Sequence record: MH791398.1
Reading direction: 5' to 3' (one strand)
Length of the DNA: 64,000 nt
Shown here: one piece after another, positions 62,621 to 64,000 of the stretch
Position numbering within the stretch: the stretch's first letter is position 1
Layout: each line of letters starts with the position of its first letter
Translations under genes and position numbers: made by a program
Notes under the pieces: generated by a model
Database searches by the model: none
What the model was told of the DNA's origin: nothing
The model's input: the letters and a program-made list of their open reading frames with translations, nothing else

Positions 62621-62650
62621 TTGACTGGGTATCTCAGAAATGGGATACTC
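62621..62650 (+). promoter_or_regulatory. Early promoter with an internal inverted repeat
   Basis: TTGACT-N17-GATACT; GGGTATCTC-6nt-GGGATACTC. Confidence 0.7.
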
Positions 62651-62676
62651 TTCTTGTCGAAACAAAGGAGATAACC

Positions 62677-62889
62677 ATGGATACTAAAACGACTTATGAA
62701 CAGTGGGTTGAACAGAACCAAGAGTATCTGATTCGCTACATCAAAGAGAACATATATTTGTGGGTTGGTGTAGAACAGAGAGATAATTGTAGTAGTATCT
62801 CTACCAAAGTAAGTGTTGAGTTATATGATAGAAGCGAACATGACTCACTGACTTCTGATAGCGCAGATGATTATTTCAATAAGGATTAA
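62677..62889 (+). CDS. Small early protein
   Basis: AAGGAG SD; ATG at 62677. Confidence 0.6.
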   Translation: MDTKTTYEQWVEQNQEYLIRYIKENIYLWVGVEQRDNCSSISTKVSVELYDRSEHDSLTSDSADDYFNKD

Positions 62890-62891
62890 TT

Positions 62892-63578
62892 ATGAATAGC
62901 AAAAAGATTTTTAATTCCAAGTTCCAGAATCTCGGACAGTTCGCTCAACATGTATCAGATGACGAAATCAAGAACGAACCTATGTTCTTCAACTGCGATT
63001 TGGCTTTTGCTATAAATCATGGTGGTCCTATAACTAGGAGTTTCATCGCCAAATTACCGGAAGAATGGCAATATGGCGATGTTGTGTTTGATTCTCGTGT
63101 ACACATGCTTATGCCCGGTTGGTATCCCGCAATCCCCGGTTATCATCATGATGATGTTCCGCGCCCGGACATCCCTGTAGGTCAGCATTTCATCACCGCA
63201 GGTCAACCAGACTATGACAACCCTCGTTATATGTCTGAACATATTCTTGGTTTGGTTAACGGTGATATCTGCCCTACTCATTTTGCAGTAGGAGAAGCCG
63301 AGTTTAGCCAAGTTCCAGATGGCGAACTCATTTACCGCCAATGGCACAAAGAAGTTTTGGAAAAGATTGACAATGGTGAACTGGTGTTGCATACTGCCCC
63401 TGACCGGACGTTGTTACAGTTTGATTGGCAAACATGGCACACCGGGTCGAAGACGGTTGGTAACGGTTGGCGCTGGTTTGGTCGTGTATCCCGTAACACA
63501 GATCGTGTAAAGAAAATCAGTAATGAAATTCGTCGCAACGCACAAGTTTACCTTGAGTTCCCGATGGAAGGCTGGTAA
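62892..63578 (+). CDS. Putative 2-oxoglutarate/Fe(II) dioxygenase (DSBH fold)
   Basis: HxD in PGYHHDD, distal His in WHTG, and Arg in GWRWFGR. Confidence 0.65.
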   Translation: MNSKKIFNSKFQNLGQFAQHVSDDEIKNEPMFFNCDLAFAINHGGPITRSFIAKLPEEWQYGDVVFDSRVHMLMPGWYPAIPGYHHDDVPRPDIPVGQHFITAGQPDYDNPRYMSEHILGLVNGDICPTHFAVGEAEFSQVPDGELIYRQWHKEVLEKIDNGELVLHTAPDRTLLQFDWQTWHTGSKTVGNGWRWFGRVSRNTDRVKKISNEIRRNAQVYLEFPMEGW

Positions 63579-63645
63579 AAATATAGTTGACACAGAAAAC
63601 AAAACAATTTAATATCTAATCTCAATAAACAAAAAGGAAATAAAA

Positions 63646-64000
63646 ATGAAAACTCTGAAACAAATCTGGGCATTTATCACCGCTAAAATCCTGACCTTCA
63701 CCACCAAAAACGTTACCGTCGAAGATCAGTATACCGGGGCGGCTGAACGGATTATCAACGAAATCACCCGTCTTCGCACCGCACACGTCAAGTCTATCAA
63801 AGAAGAAAAACGGCTCCGTAGTCTGGCAGAAGAGAAAACCAATCTCGCGGTTAAGAAAGAAAACGAGATTCGTGGTCTTCTCAAGAAAGGGGTGAATGTA
63901 GAAAGTCACGGTAAGCTGGGTATCCTGTATCGTCGGACTTCCGAGGCCCTTACCAAGAAGGCTGATGAGTTTGTTGGGATGCGCTCCGAGATCGAGGTTG
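63646..64000 (+). CDS. T4 e.6-like coiled-coil (PspA-like) protein, truncated by window end
   Basis: VEDQYTGAA...KSIKEEKRLR...HGKLGILYRRT matches T4 e.6 as recalled. TTGACA promoter at about 63586. Confidence 0.8.
   Translation, partial: MKTLKQIWAFITAKILTFTTKNVTVEDQYTGAAERIINEITRLRTAHVKSIKEEKRLRSLAEEKTNLAVKKENEIRGLLKKGVNVESHGKLGILYRRTSEALTKKADEFVGMRSEIEV

Noticed and set aside
1-64000. tRNA/rRNA genes, CRISPR arrays, IS elements or long direct repeats
   Set aside because: No cloverleaf-like segments, regularly spaced repeats or transposase motifs were seen by eye. A tRNAscan or CRISPR search was not possible.

Overview
A 64-kb slice of a large T4-like (Straboviridae-type) myophage genome. 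Every supportable gene lies on the + strand, in the early/middle direction. Bases 1-19.6 kb are the replication core: gp62 3' end, regA, a split DNA polymerase (gp43A/gp43B), uvsX, gp40, gp41, a free-standing homing-endonuclease-like gene, gp61, dUTPase, dexA, a fused gp39+60 topoisomerase subunit, rIIA, rIIB and an HTH-exonuclease. The rest is an accessory region of many small ORFs cut into units by sigma70-like early promoters and terminators. It carries nucleotide metabolism (cd, frd, td), RNA repair (pseT, rnlA, CCA enzyme, RlaP-like NTase, receiver-like and HAD domains), gp31, denA, a UvsE endonuclease and probable anti-defence functions (NARP1-type Adps/Namat pair, NADAR, a possible Acb4-type sponge). 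The split gp43, the absence of gp42/gp56 from their usual loci and the Vibrio/Pasteurella-type ThyA suggest an Aeromonas-type T4-like phage with unmodified cytosine (inference). The most unusual observations are: (1) an acyl-carrier-protein-like domain lacking the phosphopantetheine Ser (DSL to DDL) fused to RIIB; (2) two tandem small proteins ending in W-x-x-S-S-(x)n-C directly upstream of an uncharacterised nucleotidyltransferase; (3) a coupled NADAR / ADP-ribosyltransferase-like / Adps block; (4) a free-standing, apparently splicing-dead Hint (intein-fold) gene before gp41. No tRNA, rRNA or CRISPR array was recognised. All family assignments come from motifs recognised by eye and remembered reference sequences, not from database searches.
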